Notes: a model not told the origin generated them from the sequence alone. DNA of 48,257 nucleotides from Minisyncoccota bacterium (GCA_035438585.1 DAORIO010000002.1:1-48257); one strand, 5' to 3'; numbered from the stretch's first letter, positions 26,801 through 34,323 are shown. Numbers and translations are program-made.

Positions 26801-28148
26801 GATAACTTTTTGTTCTGGGGCTGGTACTGTAACAGGTGCTAATTTTTTATTTGAAATAAATGAGAAAAAGTTTTTAATCGATTGTGGAATGATCCAAAAT
26901 TCTAAATTGGCAGACGAAATAAACTGGGATCCATTTCCGTATAATGCAGGAGAAGTTGAAATACTATTTGTAACTCACGCTCATATTGACCATGTTGGCA
27001 GAATACCAAAATTAATACAGGAAGGTTTTAGGGGGCGAATAATTTCATCTATTCCATCAAAAGACATAGCAGATTTGATGATGCGTGATACTGCTGGAAT
27101 TTTAACTCAAGATGACGCAAATGGATTAGAAATTTTCTTCAATGAAAAGAATATAAATTTGGCGCTATCTTTGTGGGAAACTTATGACTACAACAAAGAA
27201 ATTAAATTGTCAGAAAATATAACTGTCACACTAAAAGATGCTGGGCACATATTGGGTTCGGCAATGATCTGTTTTAGGGCGTACGGTAAAAATATTGTTT
27301 TTACAGGAGATTTAGGAAATTCTCCGTCGCCAATCTTGCCAGACACTGAAATCCTTAAAGATGTAGATTATTTGATAATGGAAAGCGTGTATGGGGACAG
27401 GAATCATGAATCACGTGATGAGAGAAAGAAAAAATTAGAAAAAGTAATTGAAGATAATTATGGAAGAAAAGGGGTTTTGATTATTCCAACATTTTCACTC
27501 GAGAGAAGTCAAGAATTACTTTTTGAAATAAATGATTTTGTTGAAAACAATAGAATCCCACCAATGCCAGTTTATATTGATTCGCCTTTAGCAATAAAAC
27601 TTACTGCTGTTTATTCAAAATATACAAAATATTTAAATTCCATTGCGTTAGGTAAAATAAAAGAAGGGGATGATATATTTAATTTCCCAGGCCTAAGGGT
27701 CACTCTTTCGACTGATGAATCAAAGGGTATATTAAAAGTTCCATCACCTAAAATAATTATGGCAGGGAGTGGAATGTCTATGGGGGGAAGAATAGTGCAC
27801 CACGAAAAAAATTATTTACCAGATAAAAACAACACTCTTCTTTTGATCGGATTTCAATCTCTTGGAACAATGGGTAGATTGATTGAAGAAGGTGCAAAGA
27901 AAATTAGAATCACAGGGCAGGATGTCATGGTTAATGCGCATATTGAGAAAATCAGTGGTTATTCTGGGCACAAAGATTCAGATTCTTTAATTTCTTTTGT
28001 TGAAACAAATGCAGATAGTTTAAAAAAAGTTTTTTGTGTGATGGGAGAACCAAAATCAGCAATGTTTTTAGCTCAAAAAATTAGAGATTATTTAGGTGTC
28101 GAAGCTATTTCTCCGGGAGCAGGAGATGTCTACGAAATAAACTTATAA
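26784..28148 (+). CDS. MBL-fold beta-CASP family ribonuclease-like hydrolase
   Basis: HAHIDHVGRIP (HxHxDH), DAGHILGS and ESVYGDR motifs, with a beta-CASP-like C-terminal H motif (GYSGHKD). Overlaps the upstream ORF by 17 nt. Confidence 0.85.
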   Translation: MTNKAKITFCSGAGTVTGANFLFEINEKKFLIDCGMIQNSKLADEINWDPFPYNAGEVEILFVTHAHIDHVGRIPKLIQEGFRGRIISSIPSKDIADLMMRDTAGILTQDDANGLEIFFNEKNINLALSLWETYDYNKEIKLSENITVTLKDAGHILGSAMICFRAYGKNIVFTGDLGNSPSPILPDTEILKDVDYLIMESVYGDRNHESRDERKKKLEKVIEDNYGRKGVLIIPTFSLERSQELLFEINDFVENNRIPPMPVYIDSPLAIKLTAVYSKYTKYLNSIALGKIKEGDDIFNFPGLRVTLSTDESKGILKVPSPKIIMAGSGMSMGGRIVHHEKNYLPDKNNTLLLIGFQSLGTMGRLIEEGAKKIRITGQDVMVNAHIEKISGYSGHKDSDSLISFVETNADSLKKVFCVMGEPKSAMFLAQKIRDYLGVEAISPGAGDVYEINL

Positions 28149-28188
28149 TTTATAAAATAAAATCAACGATACCAAATAAAATAAAAAT

Positions 28189-28812
28189 ATGGAAGATAAT
28201 AATAAACACAATCATTTAAAAATAAAAATAGGAGTCTCGGGTGCTGCAGAAACTGGGCATTGCGGAATTGATGCACTCGATAAAGCAAAAGAACTAGGTA
28301 GAGAAATAATTAGACAAGGTGGAATTGTTGTAACTGGTGCAACAACTGGATTTCCGCTTTGGTCAGCAATGGGCGCGAAAGAAGAAAGAGGGGTGTCTAT
28401 TGGCTTGTCTCCTGCGTCTAGTGAAAAAGAGCACGTCGAAGTTTATAGATTGCCGATAGATTATATGGATTTGATAATTTATACCGGTTTTGGTTTTCCA
28501 GGGCGAGATCTTTTGTTTACTAGATCGTGCGACGCTTTGGTTATTGGTTGTGGGCGAATAGGCACAATTCATGAATTTACTATTGCCTTTGAAGCGGGAA
28601 TGCCAATAGGGGTACTTCAAGGTTCTTGGAGTATGGATGAAACAATAAAGTTGATTCTAGAAAGAGGAAATCGTCCAAGTGATATGATAATTTTTGATGA
28701 TAATCCAAAAAGACTTGTAGAAAAACTTACAAAAATGGTTTTAGCTCAAAAGGTTAAGGAATACAAATCTCCATCAGTAACAGAAAATGTAAATCTTGGA
28801 AGGCTTGGTTAA
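28189..28812 (+). CDS. LOG/TIGR00725-family Rossmann-fold nucleotide-binding protein
   Basis: KIGVSGAA...GIVVTGATTG... and GCGRIGTIHEF resemble the (P)GGxGTxxE signature. Confidence 0.65.
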   Translation: MEDNNKHNHLKIKIGVSGAAETGHCGIDALDKAKELGREIIRQGGIVVTGATTGFPLWSAMGAKEERGVSIGLSPASSEKEHVEVYRLPIDYMDLIIYTGFGFPGRDLLFTRSCDALVIGCGRIGTIHEFTIAFEAGMPIGVLQGSWSMDETIKLILERGNRPSDMIIFDDNPKRLVEKLTKMVLAQKVKEYKSPSVTENVNLGRLG

Positions 28813-28843
28813 ATAAAAAAACCGTCATACGACGGTTTTTTTA
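28813..28843. terminator. Bidirectional terminator between the LOG-like gene and rplT
   Basis: ACCGTC (28821-28826) / GACGGT (28831-28836), flanked by an A-run and a T-run. Confidence 0.8.
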
Positions 28844-29185
28844 TTTAACTAGTTTTACGATGTCTGTGAATATTTGTGGGTAGTCATTTGCAAGAGTTGA
28901 AAGTACTTTTCGGTCTAGCATTATTCCTTTCTTCTTTAGTTCTCCCATAAATTTAGAGTAAGACATTTCGTGAGATTCTAGGGCTGCATTGATTCGAACA
29001 TTCCAGATTCTTCTTATATCTCCCTTTTTGTCTCTTCGGTGAGCACGAGCGTGTGAACCTGCGTGAAGTAGGGCATCTTTAGCTGCTCGCTCTTTTGTAC
29101 TAGCAGAATGTCTAAAACCCTTTGTTTGTTTTAAAACATTTCTTCTTCTCTTTAATCCAATTTTTCCTCTTTTTATTCTTGTCAT
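28841..29185 (-). CDS. rplT: 50S ribosomal protein L20
   Basis: MTRIKRG......RR...L...KGF.......A..A.......A...RR.KK...R.LW..RINAA motif. Confidence 0.96.
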   Translation of the reverse strand: MTRIKRGKIGLKRRRNVLKQTKGFRHSASTKERAAKDALLHAGSHARAHRRDKKGDIRRIWNVRINAALESHEMSYSKFMGELKKKGIMLDRKVLSTLANDYPQIFTDIVKLVK

Positions 29186-29191
29186 GTTTGT

Positions 29192-29380
29192 TTATTTATA
29201 AGGTAGTAATCGAGATGCAACCTTTGGAGATATTCTAAAAGTCTGCATTTTTTTACCAGCTAGTTGCTTACTTCTTGATTGCTTTGCATTGAAATGGTTA
29301 AAACCACTCTTTCTTGAGAGTATTTTTCCTGTTTTTGTAAGCTTAAGACGCTTAGTAAGTGATTTGTTTGTTTTCATCAT
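29192..29380 (-). CDS. rpmI: 50S ribosomal protein L35
   Basis: KTNKSLTKRLKLTKTGKI..RKSG..H sequence and position between infC and rplT. Confidence 0.9.
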   Translation of the reverse strand: MMKTNKSLTKRLKLTKTGKILSRKSGFNHFNAKQSRSKQLAGKKMQTFRISPKVASRLLPYK

Positions 29381-29394
29381 AAAATATAAAAATT

Positions 29395-29937
29395 TTAGTG
29401 CTTTCCGCTAGATCTCTCTATTGTCAGCATTAGTCCCTTCGGAACTCGTTTTATTTCTTCTGCAATTTTGTATTCTTCGGTTATAAGATTTAGTATTCTG
29501 TTGAGTCTTTCCTTTAGGAATTTTTCATCTAGAAACTTTGACCTTCCGTTTAAATAAAGCTCTATTTTGATTCTATGTCCTTCGGCTAGCCACTTTGAGG
29601 CAGTCTTAGCTTTTAGTTCTAAATCATGTTCTCCGGTCCCAACTTTAACTTGAATGGACTTAGTTTCGGTGGTTTTACCCCCTGAAGCCTTCTTTTTCTT
29701 TTTTCCGAGCTCGTAAAGGAATTTACCATATTCAGAGATTTTTGCAACTGGTGGGTTGGCTTGGGCGGTAACTTCTATAAGATCTAATTCTAAATCTTTA
29801 GCTCTTTGCAGTGCGTCTACAGTTTTCATTATTCCTAACATTTCTCCGTCTGGGCCTATGACACGTAGCTCTTCTGCTTTAATTGTGTTGTTTAATTTGT
29901 GTTCTGTTCTTTTTTCGAACTTTTTGAATTTATTCAC
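29395..29937 (-). CDS. infC: Translation initiation factor IF-3, GTG start
   Basis: INNTIKAEELRVIGPDGEMLGI...ALQRAKDLELDLIEV...NPPVAKISEYGKFLYE is colinear with E. coli IF3. The first codon on the minus strand is GTG (29935-29937). Confidence 0.93.
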   Translation of the reverse strand: MNKFKKFEKRTEHKLNNTIKAEELRVIGPDGEMLGIMKTVDALQRAKDLELDLIEVTAQANPPVAKISEYGKFLYELGKKKKKASGGKTTETKSIQVKVGTGEHDLELKAKTASKWLAEGHRIKIELYLNGRSKFLDEKFLKERLNRILNLITEEYKIAEEIKRVPKGLMLTIERSSGKH

Positions 29938-29947
29938 TGATAGGAGA

Positions 29948-29975
29948 ATTATATAGATATTTTGGAGTTTTACAA
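29948..29975 (-). promoter_or_regulatory. Candidate infC promoter
   Basis: On the minus strand: TTGTAA (29970-29975), 16-nt spacer, TATAAT (29948-29953), 10 nt before the GTG. Confidence 0.45.
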
Positions 29976-29994
29976 GGGAGATCGGGTTAAATAT

Positions 29995-30030
29995 AAGAAA
30001 AAACGCCGCGAAACTTTCGTTTCGCGGCGC
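29995..30030 (-). terminator. Terminator after the 30051-31235 gene
   Basis: 11-bp stem CGCCGCGAAAC (30004-30014) / GTTTCGCGGCG (30019-30029), followed on the minus strand by a T-run. Confidence 0.75.
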
Positions 30031-30050
30031 GAGGCTTTTTAAGTTGGTTT

Positions 30051-31235
30051 TTATTTACGAGCTTTAAAACACTGACTAAGGCCCATTTCGTATAATGGAC
30101 AGTCTTTCTTACAGATACTTTTAGAACATTCATTTTTGTATTTCGGATGAAATTGTTCCCCAAGACCATACACTACAGCATCTCTAATATCTTTTTTCGT
30201 AATCAAATCACCATAAAGTCCGGGAACATCTGGGTGAGAATGGCTTCCGTTTAACAAGTTTTCATGCTCCTTTATATAAAGTAACTCTGGAACTTGTTTG
30301 ATGCAGCCTTCTTTTCCAAGCTCTTCCCATTTTGTTTTAAGGCCTCTCTTTTTGCAGACACAAGATCTGATAACCCGCACATATCCTTCAATGTTCTTTT
30401 TGTCTTTTGGGTTATTTAATGATACGAGCCTTTTGCTTACTGGATCAGCGATGATTGTCAGAATATTCTTTCTCCAAATCTTTTTAGTTTTGTGACGGGC
30501 AATTTTACCGGCATCAATCAAATCAGATTCAACGAATGTAACTCTTTCTTTTCCATTTACATCAATGATGATTGGGTTGATCTCTGTATTTGCACGGTCT
30601 TCGTGAAAAATAATTTGAGCGGTTTGCACTATGTTTATATAATTCATGACAGCTTCAATCATCTTATTAATCTCTTCAACTTTTGTGTTGTCGTGTTTAA
30701 CGCAAGACCATATTGACTTTACTACACTACCTGGAAGTAGGGTGGAGGCAATGTTTCCAAAACGAATTTCTGGAATTGAGGCATCTTTATCTATAGCTAA
30801 ACGGTCACCATTTTTGTCAGTATACAGTGTGTAATCTAGTAAAAATGATAACGACGGTTTGTTTCTAACTCCAAGGTGCTTAGCCATTAGTGTTGCGGTG
30901 CATTGTTTTTCATTTCCAGGCGCGTGATCATCAAATGGTCCACCACCAAATCCTAGACATAAGTATCCATCTTTTAGCATGTTCCAAAAAATTCCAGCGC
31001 CATGATTATAGACTTCAACTTGCTTGTTAGTAGCAAAGCCAATCGGAATTTTATTACATTCCGGAAAGAGTGTTTCTCCTTCAGATCTGAAGATTGACGA
31101 AGCCATTATTTCGTCGAAGTGTTCACTGTTGTGAGTTAACATTGCGACAAGTCCAATGATTGGACGACGACCAAAGAATGCATCTTTGATTTCCTCAACT
31201 GAGGATTTGGTTACATCTAGAGGTTGTAATTTCAT
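30051..31235 (-). CDS. Possible MYG1/UPF0160-like (DHH-superfamily) metal-dependent hydrolase with Cys-rich C-terminus
   Basis: MLTHNSEHFDEIMASSIF resembles GTH.G.FH.DE..A, and GFGGGPFDDH resembles GG.(F/Y)D...FDHH. The tail is CSKSICKKDCPLYEMGLSQC. Functional call is tentative. Confidence 0.6.
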   Translation of the reverse strand: MKLQPLDVTKSSVEEIKDAFFGRRPIIGLVAMLTHNSEHFDEIMASSIFRSEGETLFPECNKIPIGFATNKQVEVYNHGAGIFWNMLKDGYLCLGFGGGPFDDHAPGNEKQCTATLMAKHLGVRNKPSLSFLLDYTLYTDKNGDRLAIDKDASIPEIRFGNIASTLLPGSVVKSIWSCVKHDNTKVEEINKMIEAVMNYINIVQTAQIIFHEDRANTEINPIIIDVNGKERVTFVESDLIDAGKIARHKTKKIWRKNILTIIADPVSKRLVSLNNPKDKKNIEGYVRVIRSCVCKKRGLKTKWEELGKEGCIKQVPELLYIKEHENLLNGSHSHPDVPGLYGDLITKKDIRDAVVYGLGEQFHPKYKNECSKSICKKDCPLYEMGLSQCFKARK

Positions 31236-31282
31236 TAGTTTTTTAATTTTTTAAGGTTCAACTTATTTTTTAGTTCTATACT

Positions 31283-31311
31283 ATTATATCACTATTTTAT
31301 CCTAAAGTCAA
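31283..31311 (-). promoter_or_regulatory. Candidate promoter for the 30051-31235 gene
   Basis: On the minus strand: TTGACT (31306-31311), 17-nt spacer, TATAAT (31283-31288), immediately after the algH-like terminator. Confidence 0.5.
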
Positions 31312-31312
31312 A

Positions 31313-31343
31313 TAAAAAAACCCTGAATTTTCAGGGTTTTTTG
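31313..31343. terminator. Terminator after the YqgE/AlgH-family gene
   Basis: CCCTGA (31321-31326) / TCAGGG (31331-31336) between an A-run and a T-run. Confidence 0.8.
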
Positions 31344-31904
31344 TTAATTCCATTGAGGGTCTTCGGGGTAATTTGCCGTAATTGCGTATTTTCCGCCCAT
31401 ACTTCTTAGAACTGTCCTCCATAAATCATTCGAGTTTTTGCTAAAGATAATTTCTCTATTGAAGGTTGAAAGCATCCAGTTTGTTTCTTCCACCTCTTCT
31501 TTTACACTAGAAGGTTCCCATCCTGCATATCCTGCAAAAAAACGAATCATGTGTGGCTGTATTTTCCCAATAGCTACTAATAGCTTTAATTGTTCATAAT
31601 TGCCTCCCCAATAAATATCATCTGTAATTTTTTTACTACCAGGTAATTTATCTCCTAAGGTGTGAATAAAGTACAGGGTGTCTGTTTCAACTGGTCCACC
31701 AAAGTAAAGGGTCGAATTGAAATCCGGGAAATCTTCTACTGCATCAGTAATATTTATATCTGTTGGTTTGTTTAGGATAAAACCAATGCTTCTTTCTGTG
31801 TTGTGTTCTGCAAGTAAAACCACTGAACGTTTAAAACAAGTATTATCAAGAAATAGGCCGGATGCCAAAATGGATCCTTGAGATATTTTAGGTGTAGGTT
31901 CCAT
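31344..31904 (-). CDS. YqgE/AlgH-family (UPF0301) protein
   Basis: F.RSVVLLAEHN...SIGFILNKP, YFGGPVE and AGYAGWEPSSVKEEVEETNWML motifs. Confidence 0.85.
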   Translation of the reverse strand: MEPTPKISQGSILASGLFLDNTCFKRSVVLLAEHNTERSIGFILNKPTDINITDAVEDFPDFNSTLYFGGPVETDTLYFIHTLGDKLPGSKKITDDIYWGGNYEQLKLLVAIGKIQPHMIRFFAGYAGWEPSSVKEEVEETNWMLSTFNREIIFSKNSNDLWRTVLRSMGGKYAITANYPEDPQWN

Positions 31905-31990
31905 AGAGCTATGTTTTAGAATTGTTAGGTTTAGAAAGAATTATTTAACAAGATGCTACTCCTCCTATATTTTAGTGTCAAATTTTCTTA

Positions 31991-32017
31991 GTTACTTTTT
32001 AACCGCCAAAAAGTAAC
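31991..32017. repeat. Perfect 10-bp inverted repeat with 7-nt loop
   Basis: GTTACTTTTT (31991-32000), loop AACCGCC, AAAAAGTAAC (32008-32017). The left arm and its flank (CTTAGTTACTTTTT) resemble the CTTAGTT-CTTTT trailer motif of the repeat family. Confidence 0.6.
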
Positions 32018-32176
32018 CAAAAATGCTCTCGCCAGAATAAAATTTTATTATAAAAACGTAATTCGTCCTCGTAAAAAATTTAAACTCGCCCCGCTCAAAC
32101 AGAAAATTTTTAGTCTTCGGACTCATTGGTTTTCATATATAAAATTTTATAAGGCGAAGGCCAATAATAAATATAG

Positions 32177-32301
32177 TTTTGTGGCGCGGAATATTACATT
32201 TCCGCATACTGCAAAAGCTTTGCGGTTTTTATTTTGTGGCGTCGCAGACTGTCTGTGACATCCCACAAAAATATAGTCGCCTCGCTCCTTATTTTTTGTG
32301 G
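32177..32301 (+). repeat. Three direct TTTTGTGG(C/G) core repeats plus one inverted copy and a 39-nt imperfect palindrome
   Basis: TTTTGTGG occurs at 32177-32184, 32232-32239 and 32294-32301, with CCACAAAA at 32263-32270. The palindrome 32232-32270 has an outer 8-bp stem and an inner 7-bp stem. Confidence 0.7.
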
Positions 32302-32393
32302 GCCATATGGGTTCAGTATCAGAGTTGTGAGACCACGTAAGGGTATTTAGCAAAGTTTCAGAAGTTAATTTGAGGTATGCGGGTCGGGGTGCC
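32293..32393 (+). repeat. Repeat-family copy A (~100 nt)
   Basis: By hand alignment, roughly three-quarters identical to copy B over GTT.AGTA...GTGAGAC...CGTAAGG.TAT.TTAGC...TTTCA..AGTT.A.TTGAGGTATG.GGGTCGGGGT. It ends 2 nt before the stop of the nucleotidyltransferase gene. Confidence 0.7.
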
Positions 32394-32395
32394 TA

Positions 32396-33202
32396 CTACT
32401 TTACTTCAAAGTATTTAGGAATTTCAGAAAGCAACCATTGCCCTAGATGGTCCATAACCATTTTTATTTCCTTTTTATCAGATGTTGGGTTAAGTGCGAG
32501 GTTAAGTGCTTCACGCATTTCCAACTCTTTTTCAGGGTAGTACTTAGCGAATGTTTCGTAGCATCGATACAAATCACGAGTATATTTTTGCTCGCGTTCC
32601 ATAGTAAGTTCAAATCCAACGCGGAGCAGTCCTTTCATTAACCAAACACATCCTTTCTTTATTTCCTCATCAGATTCATCTTCTTTCGATAAAAACTTTT
32701 CAAACCATGAAAAACGATTATGGAAGCCGGCAGCATGTATAGACATTTCTTTTCCGGGTTTCAATTTCGGAATCTCAATCGGTTCACCATACACACAGAC
32801 TGATTGATTAAGGATAATGTAATCATCTGCGATATCTGAGAGAGGAAAAGCTCCCATTTCAATCTCTTCAACAAAATCATATTTCTCTTCGAGATGCTTT
32901 CGCATTTCTCGGTTAGTATTGTTCTCTTTCAGATATTCTGGTGTTTTATCGACATACGCAAATGTATCAATATCCGATACGCCTTTCACGGCTTCTCCTT
33001 TTGCAACTGATCCACGAATATAGACCTGCCTTAAATGTTCGCCATACGCTTTCTTGTATACCGCAACAATGTCTTCAATGAGTGGTTTCCATTCTTCTTG
33101 AATTTTCTCCAGAGATGTAGGGTTTACCACATGTCCCTCTGCATCAAGTTCAAAATATGACCCTATTGGTTTTATCTCAATTTTTGAAGCTGATTTTTCC
33201 AT
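32396..33202 (-). CDS. Pol-beta-superfamily nucleotidyltransferase, ANT(3'')/AadA-like architecture
   Basis: VYIRGSVAKGEAVKGVSDIDTFAYV matches GS....G......SD(I/L)D. The 268-aa length with a helical C-terminal domain resembles aminoglycoside adenylyltransferases. The substrate is not inferable. Confidence 0.75.
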   Translation of the reverse strand: MEKSASKIEIKPIGSYFELDAEGHVVNPTSLEKIQEEWKPLIEDIVAVYKKAYGEHLRQVYIRGSVAKGEAVKGVSDIDTFAYVDKTPEYLKENNTNREMRKHLEEKYDFVEEIEMGAFPLSDIADDYIILNQSVCVYGEPIEIPKLKPGKEMSIHAAGFHNRFSWFEKFLSKEDESDEEIKKGCVWLMKGLLRVGFELTMEREQKYTRDLYRCYETFAKYYPEKELEMREALNLALNPTSDKKEIKMVMDHLGQWLLSEIPKYFEVK

Positions 33203-33243
33203 TGCGTTAATTATGTCTTAAGCGAAGACATTTGTATAGCCAA

Positions 33244-33297
33244 GGTACCCGAGTCGCCCTATGTACCTAAGCATGTGGGGCATGCCGATACTAAGTT
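33244..33297 (-). repeat. Repeat-family copy D (partial, inverted)
   Basis: The reverse complement reads ACTTAGTATCGGCATGCCCCACATGCTTAGGTACATAGGGCGACTCGGGTACC. It aligns with the left and middle part of copy B (ACTTAGT..GGCAT..TTAGGTAC.TAGGG.G). Confidence 0.5.
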
Positions 33298-33303
33298 TTT
33301 AGT

Positions 33304-33328
33304 GTGGAGATGGGCGGAATTTCGATCC
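33304..33328 (-). other. Degenerate direct copy of the tmRNA 3' end
   Basis: GTGGAGATGGGCGGAATTTCGATCC compared with the genuine GTGGAGATGGCGAGATTCGAACTC at 33481-33504 (first 10 nt identical). Confidence 0.55.
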
Positions 33329-33393
33329 TTACAGGATCAGTACACCTTTTCAATTTTCTCAGAGCAAAGCTCTTCGTAAATAATGAAAAGCTT

Positions 33394-33439
33394 TTCGAAT
33401 CTCGCACGCAAGCAAAGCAGTTTACTTGCTCATCTCCAC
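33394..33439 (+). other. Inverted, interrupted copy of the tmRNA/tRNA T-loop and acceptor 3' end
   Basis: TTCGAATCTCGC (33394-33405) and CATCTCCAC (33431-33439) on the plus strand are separated by a 25-nt insert. The uninterrupted original on the minus strand is TTCGAATCTCGCCATCTCCAC. Confidence 0.45.
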
Positions 33440-33444
33440 TGAAA

Positions 33445-33468
33445 AACAAAAAGCGCCCAAGGGCGCTA
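33445..33468 (-). terminator. Terminator after tmRNA
   Basis: AGCGCCC / GGGCGCT palindrome (33452-33467), followed on the minus strand by a T-run. Confidence 0.7.
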
Positions 33469-33480
33469 ATGTTTTTAAAA

Positions 33481-33864
33481 GTGGAGATGGCGAGATTCGA
33501 ACTCGCGTGCAAAAGTATGTTCAAATTGATCTTCGTGTGTAGTTTGCTCTGGTGTTTCGCGTATTGATAAAGGGCAAACAAAAATCTTTACGCTATCTTC
33601 TAAGTTTTCTTTTAGAAAGTCGAAGAAGTCTTTCTAAAATAAAGATTGACTGTATAAGACCCTAATCCCTGACATCAATCAGATCAAAGTAGGATCCGAG
33701 ACTCTTAAGCGAGTGCTCGTGCAAAGGCCACGTTTTGAAACGGGCTCTTTACATAACCAAATGTTTTTCCATTTGGAGTTGCAACATGTGTTAACGAGCG
33801 ACATTTGCATGCTCGACACGCACAATTTGAAGCGATATCTCTTGTCGATGCCATAAACATCCCC
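33481..33864 (-). ncRNA. ssrA: tmRNA (SsrA)
   Basis: On the minus strand, the 5' end is GGGGAUGUUUAUGGCAUCGACAAGAG and the 3' end is GCGAGUUCGAAUCUCGCCAUCUCCAC. The acceptor pairs GGGGAUG/CAUCUCC with G3:U70. There is an internal tag ORF, and the gene lies immediately downstream of smpB. Confidence 0.9.
33705..33782 (-). other. Predicted tmRNA tag reading frame (ATPNGKTFGYVKSPFQNVAFARALA*)
   Basis: Hand translation from resume codon GCA (33782-33780) to TAA (33707-33705). The Ala-rich hydrophobic C-terminus ...ARALA is typical of degradation tags. The choice of resume codon is an inference. Confidence 0.55.
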
Positions 33865-33879
33865 AATTGAATCGTCTTA

Positions 33880-34323
33880 TTAATTTTTCAAAGTCCTACG
33901 AAGTTCTCTTTCAGTATCTCTTTTTTTGATACTTTCTCTTTTATCGTACTTCTTTTTTCCACGAACCAAACCGATTTCACATTTAATCCGCCTTCCCACA
34001 CCATACAATTTAAGTGGTACAAGTGTCAATCTGTCAGACTTATGCTTTCTCTCAAATTCTTCCATTTCTTTTTTAGTAACCAAAAGCTTTCTCATACGCT
34101 CTGCGTCGTAATCTTTTGGTGTATTGCCACTTTGATATGGACTAACATTTGACCCTACCAAGAATAACTCTCCGCCAAGAACTTTTACATAACTTCCCGC
34201 CAGCCTTGCACCACCTTGTCTAACGGATTTAACTTCAAAGCCAAAAAGCTCGATTCCAGTTTCAACTGTATCGATTATTTCATAATCAAATCTCGCTTTT
34301 CGATTTTCAGCAAAAACTGCCAT
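33880..34323 (-). CDS. smpB: SsrA-binding protein SmpB
   Basis: NRKARFDYEI.......GIEL.G.EVKS.R........Y and LLV.K.E motifs. Confidence 0.95.
   Translation of the reverse strand: MAVFAENRKARFDYEIIDTVETGIELFGFEVKSVRQGGARLAGSYVKVLGGELFLVGSNVSPYQSGNTPKDYDAERMRKLLVTKKEMEEFERKHKSDRLTLVPLKLYGVGRRIKCEIGLVRGKKKYDKRESIKKRDTERELRRTLKN

Noticed and set aside
32147-32353. 68-aa minus-strand ORF in the ssrA-proximal non-coding tract.
   Set aside because: It spans the tandem core repeats, the palindromes and part of repeat A. It is most likely an artefact of the repeat sequence rather than a gene, though translation cannot be excluded without data.
33291-33581. ORFs 33304-33567 (+) and 33291-33581 (-).
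   Set aside because: They overlap the tmRNA 3' domain, its terminator and the att-like fragments. They have no coding features and are explained by the RNA gene.
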